From: Lingula anatina
Taxonomy: Eukaryota; Animalia; Brachiopoda
Reading direction: 5' to 3'
Length of the DNA: 64,000 nt
NCBI GenBank assembly: GCA_051362555.1
Contig: CM120641.1
Coordinates: forward strand, 48,366,401 to 48,430,400
Both the position numbers and the translations under genes were made by a program. This document shows positions 11,785 through 34,700 of this stretch, piece by piece (the first letter of the stretch is position 1; each line of letters starts with the position of its first letter). The notes under the pieces were generated by a model. The model worked only from the letters and a program-made list of their open reading frames with translations. It was not told the origin of the DNA and did no database searches.

Positions 11785-14700
11785 GACTACAGCAGCAGCA
11801 GCAGTTTCAGTGACAGGTGTCAACTTCACGCTTCAGGTATAGCAACCTTGACCTTAACACGACCAACTCCACCCACAGCCTCGACTTCAACTAATATTTC
11901 AAAGCAGCTTCAGAATGAGATAACGAGGTTATTATGCCTTGAAAAGGGGGCGGGGGATAAGATGCCTTGAACACGCTTAAGTGAGTGGCTAAATCATGAA
12001 ACTTTCGAGTAGTACTACTAAACTGATCCGTAATTTTTCATTTTTGTTTGTGAATTACTGTAGATCTAAACAATTATCGTTTGTTTTAATTAATCTTTAC
12101 TGGGGGGAGGGGCATTATAATTATTATTGTGATAATTATTGTTTTGCATTTTTGGGTTGATATATCAAAACGTTAAAGCACTGTATATGCTTTGTGGTAT
12201 TTTACTGCATCCGTGATGTTTTCTGAAAAAAACAAACAAAAACAAAAGTTCTCCCACTCACGAATCATTGCAGCACCTGTCCCTGTACTTGGACTCGACA
12301 TTTTGTAACATTAATTAAATAATTGACTTCTGAACCTTTGCCCACCATATGTCTTCAATTGAATATGACTTTGGGGCGTTTTCTAGTGCAGATAGTATGC
12401 CTTTGATAATGCAGCACAAGAAATAGTCATATGATGACCATTTAGACATTCTTTATTTTCAATTTTAATATTTTCCATGTAATTATCAAAATATATAACC
12501 ATAAAACATTAACATATGGTTGATAATCACTTATCAACAACAGTATTCATCATCTATTTAACTAAAACATCAAGATTTTATAAAATGATGAAATCTGCAC
12601 TTGTTAGACTACAAAGGACACCATCTACAGTTAAAAGATGCTGAATTGAACAAAGTTTTAACCAAAGCCATATCTACTGTACATGTAGTTGAATTAAATT
12701 GATATAAAAGTCATAATCAACATAACAAAATTATAGCTCTAAATAACTTGACAGTACATTTCAAGTTATGGTGAGCAAAAATGGATTTGTGTGTTTAAAA
12801 AAAAAATTACATACCAGTATTCCTATTCACATTTTATACAAACTGTGAAAATGTTCTTTTGGATAGAATTAATTATAACATACAAATGAACCTAGATCTT
12901 ACCTTTTACAATGACACTGTAAAATCAATTTTAAAGCATTCCATTGGTAGCTTTTACAGTGAAAACTAATAACCTGGCCTCCTGAAGGACATGTATTCTT
13001 TACTTTAAAATTGTTCAAAAATTTAGTTTAGAATCAGAAAAAATGCGCTATTTTAGCATGCAGCATATATGTAACTAAGCAGCATTGTAGCATGGAATAA
13101 ATATTACAGTTGAGACAAAACTGGATCACTGAGATAATGACTAACTTTCCAACAAGCCCAGTGTTGGTTGTACCTGAACGCCATGTTATTTTCCACATGG
13201 AAGTAAATTGGTTAATCTCAACTTGGTGGATGAACAATGGCTATGTATAATTTTACAAAAAAAAAAAAAAAAAAAAAAATACTATTGCAATGTTCTCTAA
13301 AGTACCCCTCCTAAAAATAGAAAAAAAATAAAGAAATTACTCCCATAAAAATGCTAGTTAGGCTAGACAAAACCTTTATTTGTAAGAAATCATTTTTTTG
13401 CCACTCTTATTTTTGTGCACTTTTTCTTCAAATGGAAATATGCATTTGGCATCAGTTTATCAAGTGAGAAAATTCAAAGCACCTGGAAACCCCTTTTTTT
13501 TTTCAGAGAGTATCTGCAAGATAACCAATTTATTAATTTGGACTGGCCTTGTTTATTTTTGCCTTAATTTCTGAAGTCTAACCTTTGCACAAGGAAGAAT
13601 TAGCAGATGTGTGTGAAATAATCAAACTTTAGAACGGGCATTGACAATTAACTATAAACTTAACACTATGTTCATTTCTAGGTTATATGAGATTTCTTCT
13701 CATTTTCAATAAAATCAGACACTATACAATGGTAAGGCACAACCTTGCCTTAAAATAACCAAAACATTTCCAGTACAGACCTAACCAATATTAGTGTTGA
13801 TATGTACAATAATACATTTCTAATTGTTTTTAATGCTAACCCCCCCCCCTCCCCCCAAAATTATCTTTTTCCAGGGAATTACCTTATAATGAAAAAATAC
13901 CACATAAGCAAGAATTTGGGCTTAAATTTAGCTGCCAATATGCAAGTGTCATTGCATTCAATGTATTTTTATCTTCAATTAGATCATTTAAGCCGTTTTG
14001 AGAGGTCTTAAGTGCCTCTGCCTACTATCACTACTAGAAACTTCAAAAGGGTGGATTCTTGTCAACCTATATAAATTGTAGACCATGAGTTAGCATGGAT
14101 CAAACTTTATCTACAGAAAGGAAACTGTGTGGATTGCGTACTGAGACCGAAGCACTTTGATACACGAGACCCGTGGTTCTCTCTGTAAGTATCCCATCAT
14201 GCTGCACAACCTTGTATCCAATAAATATAGCAGATACATATAAAGAATATTAATATTGCCTTCCATATTCTGAATTATATGAGATTATATGGACTGACTG
14301 ACCTGGGAATTATACTAGTTCAATTAAAGCATGGATACACAGACTTCTAGCTACTTACATCTAAACATGGAGAGGATCAAAGAATAATTACACAATACCG
14401 AAAAATCGTAGAATTCTATAATGATTTTATCACCCATAAGATATTTTCAGTGTTTTTGACAACGAAATAAATATGAATTATCAACAGACACATATTGCAT
14501 AGATATTTATCATTAAATTATAGGAGGTTCCCAGTTAACCATTTGAAAATCAAGTCAGAATTTGTCAAACGCCAGCACAGCTCAGGTCCTTGTGTTACAG
14601 CCCTTCCCTCTGATCCCCTTCTACATATAATCAGAAGAGGCCTGGCAGGTGCCCTGTAGTAACCTCTATGGTGAACCGTCATTGCATGCACCTCAAGAAT

Positions 14701-15349
14701 AATATTTTATATTCTGCCACAGATGTTAAAACAAGGTGTATTTAATGTCTTATCTCAGTATTATTGACTGTAATATTCCTAATGAATCCGTCAATATACA
14801 AACAAGACACACAGTGTCTATCCATCAAAATAAACGACACAAAACTGTTTTGTATACTTAACTGATTCTAAGACTAGAGTTTTGAATTATCTTATGCTGA
14901 AGAGTTTGTCATCTTATCTCTAGGATAAATTTGTATGAAACAGGAGCAAAGGTATATCCTGCCATTCAATTTTTTACAGATCATTTCTAGGCAAATCTCA
15001 ATAAAACTGTTTTATGGTTTGCCATAACGCAACATCTGTTCAGGAGTCTCTTGTATCCACAGTCTGGAGCCTCTGACTTGTAAGCATGGATTTTCTTTCA
15101 AGACGTATTTAGCTTACAAGGATATCAGGTAACTATAGCTGCAGGATGGTGGCTTGCACATGCATGAAAAAAAGTCCAATAAAAAAATCACAAATTTTAA
15201 AAGAGCTGAAGTTTAAATCCAACTGGTGACAGTTTAACCTTCCCAGAAGTCTTTCACACCTCTGCCATGATGAGTCAGCAAAATTAGTACTAGGATTTGT
15301 ACTACGGTGGGTGGGAGTTCCAACCTGCCCTCCTTAGATCTGTCAATCA

Positions 15350-23373
<8,024 letters not shown>

Positions 23374-25162
23374 TTTCAGTATCTAACCAATCATATGACC
23401 CAAAAATGAAGGTCGCACCTTGCGTGCTTGACCTATTTTTGAATATCATGTGACTGTTTCTTTTTCTGTTTCTGATTTTGTCTTTCATATATAAAGAAAA
23501 ACAATGAAACGTACTGCTTGTTGTAATATGATCGTTCAAAATCAGATACTATAAAAATAAGCCATATAATCTGAAAAATAAGCACCAAAATCATGACGAG
23601 ATTTCGCGTGTTTTGGCGAGACATAGCATCAATCCAATGTTTATTTGAAGTAGGGCAACATGACATAGAGTTGGTATGTAGAGTACTTGTTACATTTATG
23701 GTGCCTTAGGATGTGATAGTCATATTCCGTAATATTCATATGAGTAACATATAATATATGAATTATGCTGTTGTTCCATCCTTTTGTATGTAGAAATTAT
23801 ATGATTTGATTAATTAAAGCTTTGAGAAGAGCCTTGTATTGGCTTGAGCCAAGCTGAACAACGTTACCTCTCTGCCTGTGACTGAGACTGTGCCAGTCGA
23901 AATTCATATCAATTATTGACAACAGTTACTTTACCAAGATTGTCTCGCCCGCCCTTCAGTTAGTCTTTCTCAGAGATTGCTTTAGACTTTATTACTGAAA
24001 AAATGCATAATATGTAATAATTCTTAATTTTATGAACGTTGTTTTGCCCCCCCCCCCCCCCCCCCCCGACCCTCGCCTCAGGAAAGGAAAGGCTGGTGTT
24101 TTATGTTATCAAGGGCTACATACAACTTCACTTACAAATGGTGTGCTGAAGTGGTGGTAATGTTGCAAATGTGGTATGTACAAATACCAAAATGCTTTAA
24201 ATGCAAATGATTTACTTTAAAGTATGACAGAGGACCCACAATTTCCCCTGGTATAAACTAGCATGATATTAATGAAATATAGCCTCAGTAGGGTGTTATG
24301 AAGCCTAACCAATGTTGCAAAAACTGAGTATCCCTGCCCCACCACACTGTCACTTAATCTGTAGAAGTTAATTAACACCGAGTGATTAGAAGTTTAACAT
24401 TATCTTTTGAATGAATGAATGGTTGTCAGGTTGGACAAAGGAGGGGAAGTACATGTATAAGTACTATAAGTACCAAAAGGATATTTAGTGGGTGGGTTTG
24501 TTAAAGCACTTGCTACAGCAAAAAAATGGGCCATAACTAAATTTAGCTGGAAAATTTAACTTGCTTTCATATGCATACATTGTTGGACTATTGTATAGCA
24601 AAATAAAATCTTGGAAACTGTAGCAGTTTTCCTTTATCACCAAGGTATCTTAGAACCCTGACCAAAAGCTTTGGGATACAAACTGTAATCTCATAGCTCC
24701 TCAAATGTTATAATTTTTCCTGTTACAAGTGAAATTCAAGTCTCTTGCTTCATCAGTCCAAAAATTAGAAACACAGACCTTAGTTTATACATCATAATTT
24801 TGTCAGAGGTTTTGGATATAGTCCGAGATTAAGGAGAGAGAGTGTTAAAACTTCCATGAAAATTGCTCTAACATTTCTTAAAATGGTTTATTCTATACCA
24901 AAGATATTGGAAATTGTTTACATAAATATTTTTTCCTTCTGGAATTTGAATAGATTTCATTTTATGTGTTTTTTTTAGTTTTCTTTCATCATTTTATTCC
25001 CATCATATAGGAAAAAGTACATGTATGCAAATAATGTATGAAAATAAGTTTTCTTGGAAAGTTATTTTTATCAGATATAAATTTTTATTATATGACAACA
25101 GTGTTTTGAATTAAGGCCCTTATGCTTTAGTTTTAGTGAGTCTCATTTACAACAATGCCTAA

Positions 25163-25376
25163 GACCCCATTCCCAGAGATTAGATCGATCCAACTAGATC
25201 GACCTTACTCCCTGGGGATTCTTGCTAAATAGCTGTCAGCCGAGCGGGCACGAAAGTTAATTCCCCCCTTACAGCTTGTAGTAGGCGGGATGGACATTTA
25301 AACCGGATTATCTGACAGTAATCTAGTGGGACTCCCCACGGGGATAGATCGATCTAAAATCTATGGGAATGCACCC
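25163..25376 (+). mobile_element. Hairpin MITE family 1, copy C (TAA TSD)
   Basis: TAA|GACCCCATTCCCAGAGATTAGATCGATCC...GATCGATCTAAAATCTATGGGAATGCACCC|TAA. Confidence 0.9.
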
Positions 25377-25478
25377 TAAGTCATTAATTCAGATTATTAG
25401 AGCCAATATTTACTAGCCATATATACTGGATTCCTTAGATGACCAACATACCTCATGCATACAGTGCATACAAGGATT

Positions 25479-25480
<2 letters not shown>

Positions 25481-25558
<78 letters not shown>
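25481..25558. repeat. (AT)n microsatellite
   Basis: Perfect AT run. Confidence 0.98.
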
Positions 25559-25563
<5 letters not shown>

Positions 25564-25738
25564 AAATAATTATATTCAATTAAATAGTATTATGAGATTT
25601 ATTCTTGAGCTGTGGCTGCCTAACTTACATCTGAATGCAGTTCTTGAAATGTTTGTTTTTTTTCAGTGAGTGAAACACTGACATTTGGAATATACCCCAG
25701 CACAGGTGGAAATATGCCATCCATGTGTGCTGCTTAAG

Positions 25739-28700
25739 ATGCCCAATGATGAAAAGGTAGGAAGATCAGTCATTATTTCTGTAGATTAGCTTCATCTTCT
25801 AGTGCTGTATGTGATTAATCTGATTAGTGCACACAAAATTACCATGTAGCAGACTAATTTAGAGAAGCAACATGTTCCTTTTTTGAATCTAATTGAAACA
25901 GCATTGATATTGATTATGTGACTGTTTCAGTTATTGAAATATCATATTGAACACAGACAGTAGTGTATGCATATTTGTAATTATTAGAACACTTGTCAGC
26001 CTTTATAAGTGTACAGGCATATCTGTACATGTTCTTACATATTAAACTATTATAAGGTGTATGAATTTTGTAAGATATGCTGGAAAATAGCAATTAATAA
26101 TATCCACATATATAGTCTCTATTGGTGTCTTATGAATACCGTTTGCAATATGTATGTGACTGATGTATTGATGAAGTATAAGAGAAGTACACTAGTAATA
26201 TGGTTTAGAAAAAACTATTTCTAAGTGTTAATATGAAGTGCAGTTCCAGCTGAATTTTAAAAAAAGCTTTTATTTCAAATTCTTGCTTATGAAAAATTAA
26301 ATAATTATAAAGAAGAATACCCAGTATAACTGCTCTCATATTCACTCTATAGGTTTTGATTTAGCCAGAAAGTTGAAAGTTTTTCCGCCAAATTATTCCT
26401 TATAACTAGTAAATCACCTAGCAATTTTTAGTTTAATTAATATTTCTGTTATTGATAAGACATTATTTTTAGTGTTGCCTGAAAATTGGGTACTCACTTG
26501 AACAAATAAAGCTCTAGATATAACACTGGTTATGTACATGTAACTATATGCAAGTACTAGTAGTCTTAAACGGGTGTTAATGAAAAGTAAGAAAAAAAAA
26601 AGAAATCAAATCTGTTTTTATCGCTGTCTGAGTCTCCTGAAAGTCCAATTATATGTTTGCTGAAGTGATTGTAAGCCCATTGTAAATGCCACTGCTCTGA
26701 CATATCAGGTTAATATCAGCATGCTTGTACATGGTATGTTAAAATGGCCACATATAAGATTTACCTGTGGCATGTACTCTGTATTGCATTACATTGCACA
26801 GTTATTGAAAAGCTGTCTTTTTGAGTAGCAACAGATAACAATAAGAGACATTAGCTAGCATGGTGTGGTTTTTGTTTATCCTGGTTGCTATGTCTCTCCC
26901 CTGGGATGTGTGAGGCGGGACTGATAGCTCTTCTCTGTACATTTACTTACTCAGGGATCACAAGTCAAACAAGTTATGACTTTGTATGCAGAGCAGGTGC
27001 TTTGTTTGCCTTTGAATTTAGATAAAATGAACTAAGTAGTTCAAGCATCATTTTTCCAAGGTCAAACAAACCTGTATATAAATGAATGTTTTTCTTATGA
27101 TTCAGAAGTAGTGCTAAAATGAGGAGAGCTAAGGTGCTTTGGAAGTCCTTTTAATTGCAGCTGTTATGGAAACTTTAAGCAGTTACGATTTGACCTAAGA
27201 TTGTAGTTAATGGAGGCTAGGGTGTTAAGATTGTTAACAAGTTTGATTATAGTGTGATTTGTCCAGGCTTTTTGATTTGATCAGTGTTTTTGCATTCATG
27301 ACTTAAGTAACATGTTACCATTGTAACTAAAAGATCATGATGCACATGTTCATTTATTTTAGGATTATTCAGATGATTTTCAATCAGATGAAGAGGACAC
27401 AGAAATAGCAAGGGTAAGTTCATTTCCGAGGCAGTTGCAGTCAGACATAAATATTGAAGAAGAAGGAAATAAAAGAGACCTTCCCAAAACATTCTTAGAA
27501 ATGTTTGATAACACTGTTGAAAAAAAGATATTTTCAGTGAAATAGCAAAAGGCAGTTTTGATTTCCTTGTCAAAAAGCCAGCTAGGGCACTGATGATGAG
27601 TTTGCCCAAAACAAACCAACGATGATTGAAATTGAAAGTACAAAATAAACCCCCAAAAATATGCAAGAACAGATTAAATCACAATTCTTCTCCTTTTCTT
27701 TGCAGATCACAGGCAGACCCCCATTGAAACCAGCTCACGGTAAGCAATAGGTAGTGTATAGCAGCATGGAAATGTCCTTTAGTATTATTCATTGTAGTAG
27801 TAGTAGAAATAGTAGTAGAAATAGTGGTAGAAATAGTAGTAGTATATGTCTTACAATGGTCATAATTATCTTTGTTTAAACAAAAATGTAAGTCATTAGT
27901 TGGAACAGAAAATAATATATTATTTGTGAAAGTTTATATGATATATTTTAATATTGGATTTATAATATGTAGGAAATTTAAACAGAGTGCCCAAATATAA
28001 AGTTTGTCCAAGGTTCCCCTTCACTTATGGTTATACAAATATACAAAATTGGGTGGAATAGTCAATATTAAAAAAAAAATTTCAGCTCCCACAAAACACA
28101 AGAAAACATCTCATTTGGTGCCATCAGCATCAAGAATGCGGCGAGGAGGGTCGCCCAGCAAGGGGCGTACAGGAAGTGCCCCGCAGAAGAATGTACGAGA
28201 AATGTGGTTGGACACTGTCAAGAAGAGGACAGGGGGTAATTTTTGGGTTCCTCTTAAGTTATGATTTACAAAAATGGGTATTCACTTTCTTGCCGCTTAA
28301 TATTTTAAACAAATTCATATCTTAAAAACAGTCGGAATGTAATGCATGGTCCTTTAGTGTAGTAAATGAATTGTACTTATTTTAGGAAAAAAAATCTTAT
28401 AAGCTAGCCTTTTCTCTAAGACTGGGTTCCCATCCCTAGATTGATCTAAACGGATGGGTCAGTCTACACAGGGTTTCTTGCTAAATTGCTTTCAGCTTAA
28501 GTGGCTTAGATGTCTGGGACGCCTACTAAAGCTGCTAAATGTTAGTTAATTTCCCCCTATCAGCTTCAGTAGGCGTGACAGACATCTAAGTCACTTAAGT
28601 TAATTGCAAGTCAGCGAGAATCTGCTTGAAGATAGTTTGATCCGAAGTTAGTACAATAGTCTCTAGGAATGGTCTCTAAATCTGTCAGCTCCTTCATCTT

Positions 28701-31700
28701 TCTAGACATGGCCTTTAGATTTTTATCTTAATTAATCTGTCAACCTCTGTTTGTCTTTATAGACATGGCGTCAGGTAAAAACAAGGGACACCTGGGGAAG
28801 AGATCCCCCATGGAATACTGGACTGATACCCTCAGGAAGAGTGGAGGTAAGATGGGCACAGGTTAACAAACTTCTTGTGAGAGAGGTGTGTGGGTGGGGG
28901 GGAGTTAGAGGAGCATGGCTTGATAGTCCTTTGGTGAGTGTAGTACTGTGAAATTCATATGAGATTCCCACAATATTCGGATTGTGTATCAGATATGTGC
29001 ATCAAACCCTAGCTATTGTGCCTGTGCAAAACTCTATTATAATATCTGTTCTTTTGCTGATAAATGAACACAACTTGGGAGGGAAAAACGGGAAAGTAGT
29101 GAATGCCAGAAGATTAAAAATGAGACTTCCTTCACAAATCGGACACGCAGATTCTGAAAATTACTTTGAGTTTGATTTTTAATTTTCTTTTGCCTAGCTG
29201 TGAAGGACAATAGCAGCATGACGTTCCGTGACCGCCATGTTGCAGACAGAGATATGGCGTACCTGAGCACCAGCCACTATATGAGACAGATGGCAGGGAC
29301 GGAGAAACCCAGGCCAGGGGGGGTAGACCCCACAGGTGAGGGGTGGGGTTAGGTACTACACAAGGACCATCATGGAGGTGGCTAGTGGGTAGTTACAAGA
29401 GATATAATGGTTATGTATGATAATTGCTAAATTAAAAAATTATGCTATGTTTTAACATCTGAATGCTGTAGACACTATATTATTACTAATGATAGGAAGT
29501 ATTTTTGTTGGCTTCCCATTCATGTGTTATTATGCACTAATTTATAAACAGAAGTAAGGTAAAGCTATAATCAAAATTTGAACTGGAAAAGTCCTGATGA
29601 TGTTACCAGATGACAAAGTGATGTAGTAATCTCCAGAATACTTCTAATTTTTATTTAAAGCAAACTGAAGAGTTAGTGCTTGTTTTAGTCTAAGATAGTC
29701 TTGCTGGAACATGGGTTCATCCTCAGAGTGTGTAGTGACAGGTGACTGATCTGATTGCTTTCAGCCAGAGCAGCCAAGGGAACACCTGCCTATAAAACAC
29801 CTGAAGAATATTATGATGAAATTCTCGAACTCAGAAAGGTAAAAGTTACAAATTATCTATCTTTCTTTATTATGTTTGCAATGCATCAAAAAAAAAAAAA
29901 AAAACAAACAAACTAATACTCATTCTCACTAGTCCCTTAAATTAATTTTCCATTTCATTTCCAAAAGAATCGTATCTATACCATTTTAATAATGATTAAA
30001 ACACATCTTTTATTTACATTTACTTATATTGATGACTTGTATTAAGAAATTGTTTCAACTTGTTATATACTGTTTTTCAGCAAATTGCAGCAATATCAAG
30101 TGAAAATTCTACGCAAAAAGCCAGAGTACGCAGGCTTGAGGAAGACAACTTGAAAAAGGTAGCTTTCATTTTCCTTTGTATGATGAAATTTTAAGCATCT
30201 TAGTATGATCTTACTTTTGTTGGTCAAGAAGTACATAATAGTTAACTAACAGGTGGTGAAATAAGCTGCTGAGAACAAAACTTAGCAATATACGGAGTAC
30301 TGAATGAAAATATTTAAGTCTGTGTTAAATTTTTCAGGAAAGAGAAATAGAAACTCTTCTGGACCCAAGTAAGGTAAGTAATAATATGGCTTGGGAACAG
30401 TGGGTAATATTACACAGCTTTTCATCCATGGGAGGGGGTGTGAAGTGGTTTCAGAACCAGGCTGTGCTGAGATGCATCAGTAATAACAAATTAAAGTGAA
30501 GTTTGGCTTGAATTTTACCATTTTTAAAAAGGCATATATTTAAAAAAATATTTTTGCAATTGGTATGGAGGTCAAAGAGTATGTAGTAATATAAGCTATT
30601 TACCAACTGTATCTTCAAAAAATTTATTCTAGAGTGAAGAAATGCGGCGTACCCTGGGGGACAGGAAGCCTGACACTGGTGCTGTGAGTATGATAGCACA
30701 TATTAACATTGCTCTTAGTATATAATCCCTGGAGATTTGTTTGAAATGAAGGTTGAGAGAGAGAGAGTTAAAAGTTAAGCCTTATTTTCAATTTTAACTT
30801 AAGTAAAATTTGCAGGAAGCTTAAGTGAGCACAATAAATAACCAGCGGTTAAAACAGTTTGACATGTTATTGAAATGTTCATTATTTTGTAGGTCATCCA
30901 TAGTATGAAACAGAAGGTGCTGAAACTGGAGCAACAACTGAGGGACAAGGAGAGCAGCCTCACGTATGTTAGACCTGCTAACAGATTGTGAAGAATTTGT
31001 CTAAGTATATTATTATGGATCAAATTACAACCTTCACCCTACAACAATTTCATGAATTTTTTAATCCATGTCAATTCAGTGTTGTTTTTATGTATGGTAT
31101 ATAGTTGTATCTACAAAGAAATTGTTAACAGTTGTATAAAATGGATTCAGTCGGCAGTATTTCTTGAATTGATGGTTTAACCATAATTTTATTTCTAGGA
31201 AATTACAAGCAGATTTGAAAACAACCAAAGTTGAAGAGCTGCGCCTGCAAATGGAGGCTTTCTACCAGGAGGTAGTTCGCCTGCAAAACACCAGGGCAGC
31301 GCCAGCAACACAACAGTCTAGTCAGAGGTAAATAAATTCTTTCTATTACTTTTATACAACAACTGTAAATTTAAAACATCAGTCACACTTTTGCAATTTA
31401 TAAATTAAAAGTTACAATTGATTTTTACAAACAATCTTTACATCGAGTGTGAATTACTATCTACTGTATTTCTGCTTTTATTCAATGTTATACACATAAT
31501 TCTTCCAGTTCTAAACCTGGTAAGGAAAATCCGTCCAAAATCAAAGCCTTGAATGACACTATACTCAGAATGAATGAGAAAAATGTCAAGCTGCAGACAG
31601 AAAACCGTACCCTGAAAGAAGATCTGGAGAAAATGTTGGAAGAGCAGTCACAGCTAAAAGAAAAACAAGGTTTGTAATATAAAAGTTTTACTGGAATGAA

Positions 31701-34700
31701 ATTTATCATCCACATTATCTGGAATACTTTTTAGGCATGTGGTACATAAGTTACGTAAGAATACCAAAAATAATTTCACCTGTGTTCTCACTAGTCCGGC
31801 AGAAGTCTTCAAGAGGAAGAGCTACTGTCATCAATTACTCAATTCAAAGTCCAGTAATAGATTTTAAAACTTTACTTAACTTCTCCTTGGTTAACTTTAT
31901 ATGAAAACTCCAAGTTATATATTTAACTACTATGTTTGTTATTGTAAAATCAAATATACTACAAAAGGAACCATGATAATGGATAAGTTTATTTCCTGTT
32001 AAAAAACACAAAAGTATAAAAACTTTTTAAAAACTTAATGTTTCTTAAACAGATTAAGATATATTATATTATTTGTGTATTTGTTTCCAGCTGATTATGA
32101 AGATATGAACAAGAAACAACTAATGAATGCTATTACTAAGCTTGAAAAGGTAGGTGCTGGCAATTTGTGTTATATGTTAGTCAGTATACATATCACATCC
32201 ATAAAGCAGAACTCCCACAAAAATTGTGACATCATTGGCATATTTGCCAAAGTTTTCAGCTATATAAGTATTAATGTATTGTTGGCTGAATGCATGAAGA
32301 GAACAACACATTAATTTTATGGTATCCTGATCCATATTTGCATACATATACTATTTTTTCAGCGTCTTGAGAAGACCGAGGTAGAGACGGCCTCTGTCAA
32401 GTCTGAAACCTCCACTAACAACAAGGGGGCAGTGAATACCAAAGGTTAATTACTTATGTATTAAAGTTAACTAATTGATAGATTTAGATTCCATTTTGAA
32501 TTTCCACAGCAGACATAAATAGACAAATCTATTTGTGTACATTACATACATGTGAAGCATAGTATTCAGTTATCAACTCTGTTTTATTTAACTATAATCA
32601 AAATGTCTGGAGCTTTTGAAAAACATTTAGATGAATATTTAATCCCATTTGATTTATATAATGATATTTGTATGTTGGCTGTAGTCCAAACACATCATGT
32701 AATGTTATCTTTTGGCAGTACCAGTTTTAGAATAATGAATCATTATTTTTCTGCATTTCCTCAGGTAAGATTACCCTTGAAGGCAGCCTGGCAGAGAGAC
32801 TGGATCAGCTGGACCAGAGAGAGACAGAACTTCTTGAGGAGCTGGAGAAACAGAGAAATATCATTAAGAGGCTGAAGGAGGACAGGCAGCACTACAGACA
32901 GCTGGCAGACGACAGAGAGTACGCACACAGTTATAGAGTTGTGATTTTTATAAAAAAAAATTTTTTTTTTTTTCAAAATCATTTTTCTTTTTTTAGTTAA
33001 TATTGATATGCATAACAGAAAAGAATTCATTAGTTTGGCTTTAAAACAGTTTTCCAATAGAATCGCATGCTGGTTTGTACTCCATTTGTTAAGACTATTT
33101 CTACTTCTAAATTTCCTTTTTTTTTCACTTAATAGGAAGAGAAAAACTTGCATTTAAGGAAAGAATAGACAGTTGATTATGTGAACAATTGTCAGGCAGA
33201 TTTTAGTAGAACACTAGGAAAATAAAGACAAAAATAAGCTGTATGTTTAATAATACCATGTTTTGCTTGTTTCTAGGAAGGAAATTAAAACACTGAGGAA
33301 GGAGATCGAGGCTCTACAGTCCGAGGTTGGCAAGCCACGCAGTATCGCTGGGTCTCGGCCCTCTAGTGGCAGACCTAAGATTTCCCCTCGACTGTCAAGG
33401 TAGCCATGATTTTTTTAGGTCAACCTAAATGAATTAAAAATGACATTTCACCACAGTTGCTGCAGGTGGCACTTTGGTTTTTGATGAAAATGAATAAACT
33501 TTATTTGTCTCTTTATAAAGAAATGAAAAAAATGAAACATTGCATGAATTTTATGATTTATAGTTAAAATGCTTTTTCGTTTTTTTTTGTTTTTTTTTTC
33601 CATCAGACGAGATTCTGTGGAGAGCACAGCTAGCAGCAGAGCCAGAAGAGAGAAGGAGAGGGAGGAATTGGACAGGAAAGTTCAAGACTTTCAGGAGCAG
33701 AGGGCAGCCAAGAGCATCCAGAAAGGCTGGAAAGGCTTCAAGACCAGGAAGGCTCTGGAGGAAGAAGAAGAGGTAATTTGGGAGCCATCGTGATTGAACA
33801 ACTGTTCAGAATATTAAAAAAATATAATAGAATTTTTTCTTTGTATACCATTATAATGTTACACTTTCCCCCTTGTTATCTTTGCGAATTTTGTTTTTGT
33901 GCACTCATTTTATTAAAAAGATTGATTGAAACTTATTCTCCTTCATACATCTATTTCTGTGATTCTGTATCAGTTTTCTAATTAAACTGTTGTCCTGGGA
34001 AACAAAGTCTTAATCCTTAGATATCTCTAGATGCCATATGGGTTGATAACAGCATGCCAGAAAGGATTATAACCAGTATAGTAGATAGTAGTATATTAAA
34101 ATGATTTACAGTCGTAGAGTATTTTAGTTTGTTCCATGTTCATGTAGATATCCTCATCTAAGAGCACTTTTAATTTGAACTGTAACTCCCTTGCACTTTT
34201 CTGTAATTTTTAGGTCATCTTTAGTTCTCTTTCTCCTTTTTCTCCCTTTAAATTTTCAACTATCTAGGCCAGGAAGAGGGAAGAATTGATTGAAAGCTTC
34301 AGGAAGAGTAGAGCAGCAAAAACCATTCAAAAAGAATGGAGAGATCACCATAGAAAAGTAGTAATTGATGAAGAAGTATGTGATGATTGTGATTAGCAAT
34401 ACAAACACATGCTAATTAAAAATCTAATCCTTTGATTTTAAGATTTTAAAAAGTAGCTGTTTTAATGTTGATGATTCTCTTAGATGCATTTCTCTTTGTA
34501 TTTTTATGAATAGATTTATGATTTAGACAGTAATGAACTGTAATTCTATTAATTCTACTTTAAGTCTTTTAATTTAGTTTTCTTGTTTTTTTGTATTTGT
34601 ATTGTAGTGGTTAAATTGTAGCAGTAGTGCATCTTATATAACAGTTGGTTGTAGTTGCTTTTTTGTTGTGAGCGTTTTTCTTTGTTTACCATTATAGAAT

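Noticed and set aside
12173-12406. Possible degenerate TTAA-flanked element between GDPGP1 and SNX8
   Set aside because: TIR similarity is weak and the right TTAA is absent.
12450-15349. ~2.9-kb ORF-free stretch as a possible hidden gene or ncRNA
   Set aside because: No exon-like or structured signal seen; best explained as the SNX8 3' UTR with a minus-strand AATAAA near 12452.
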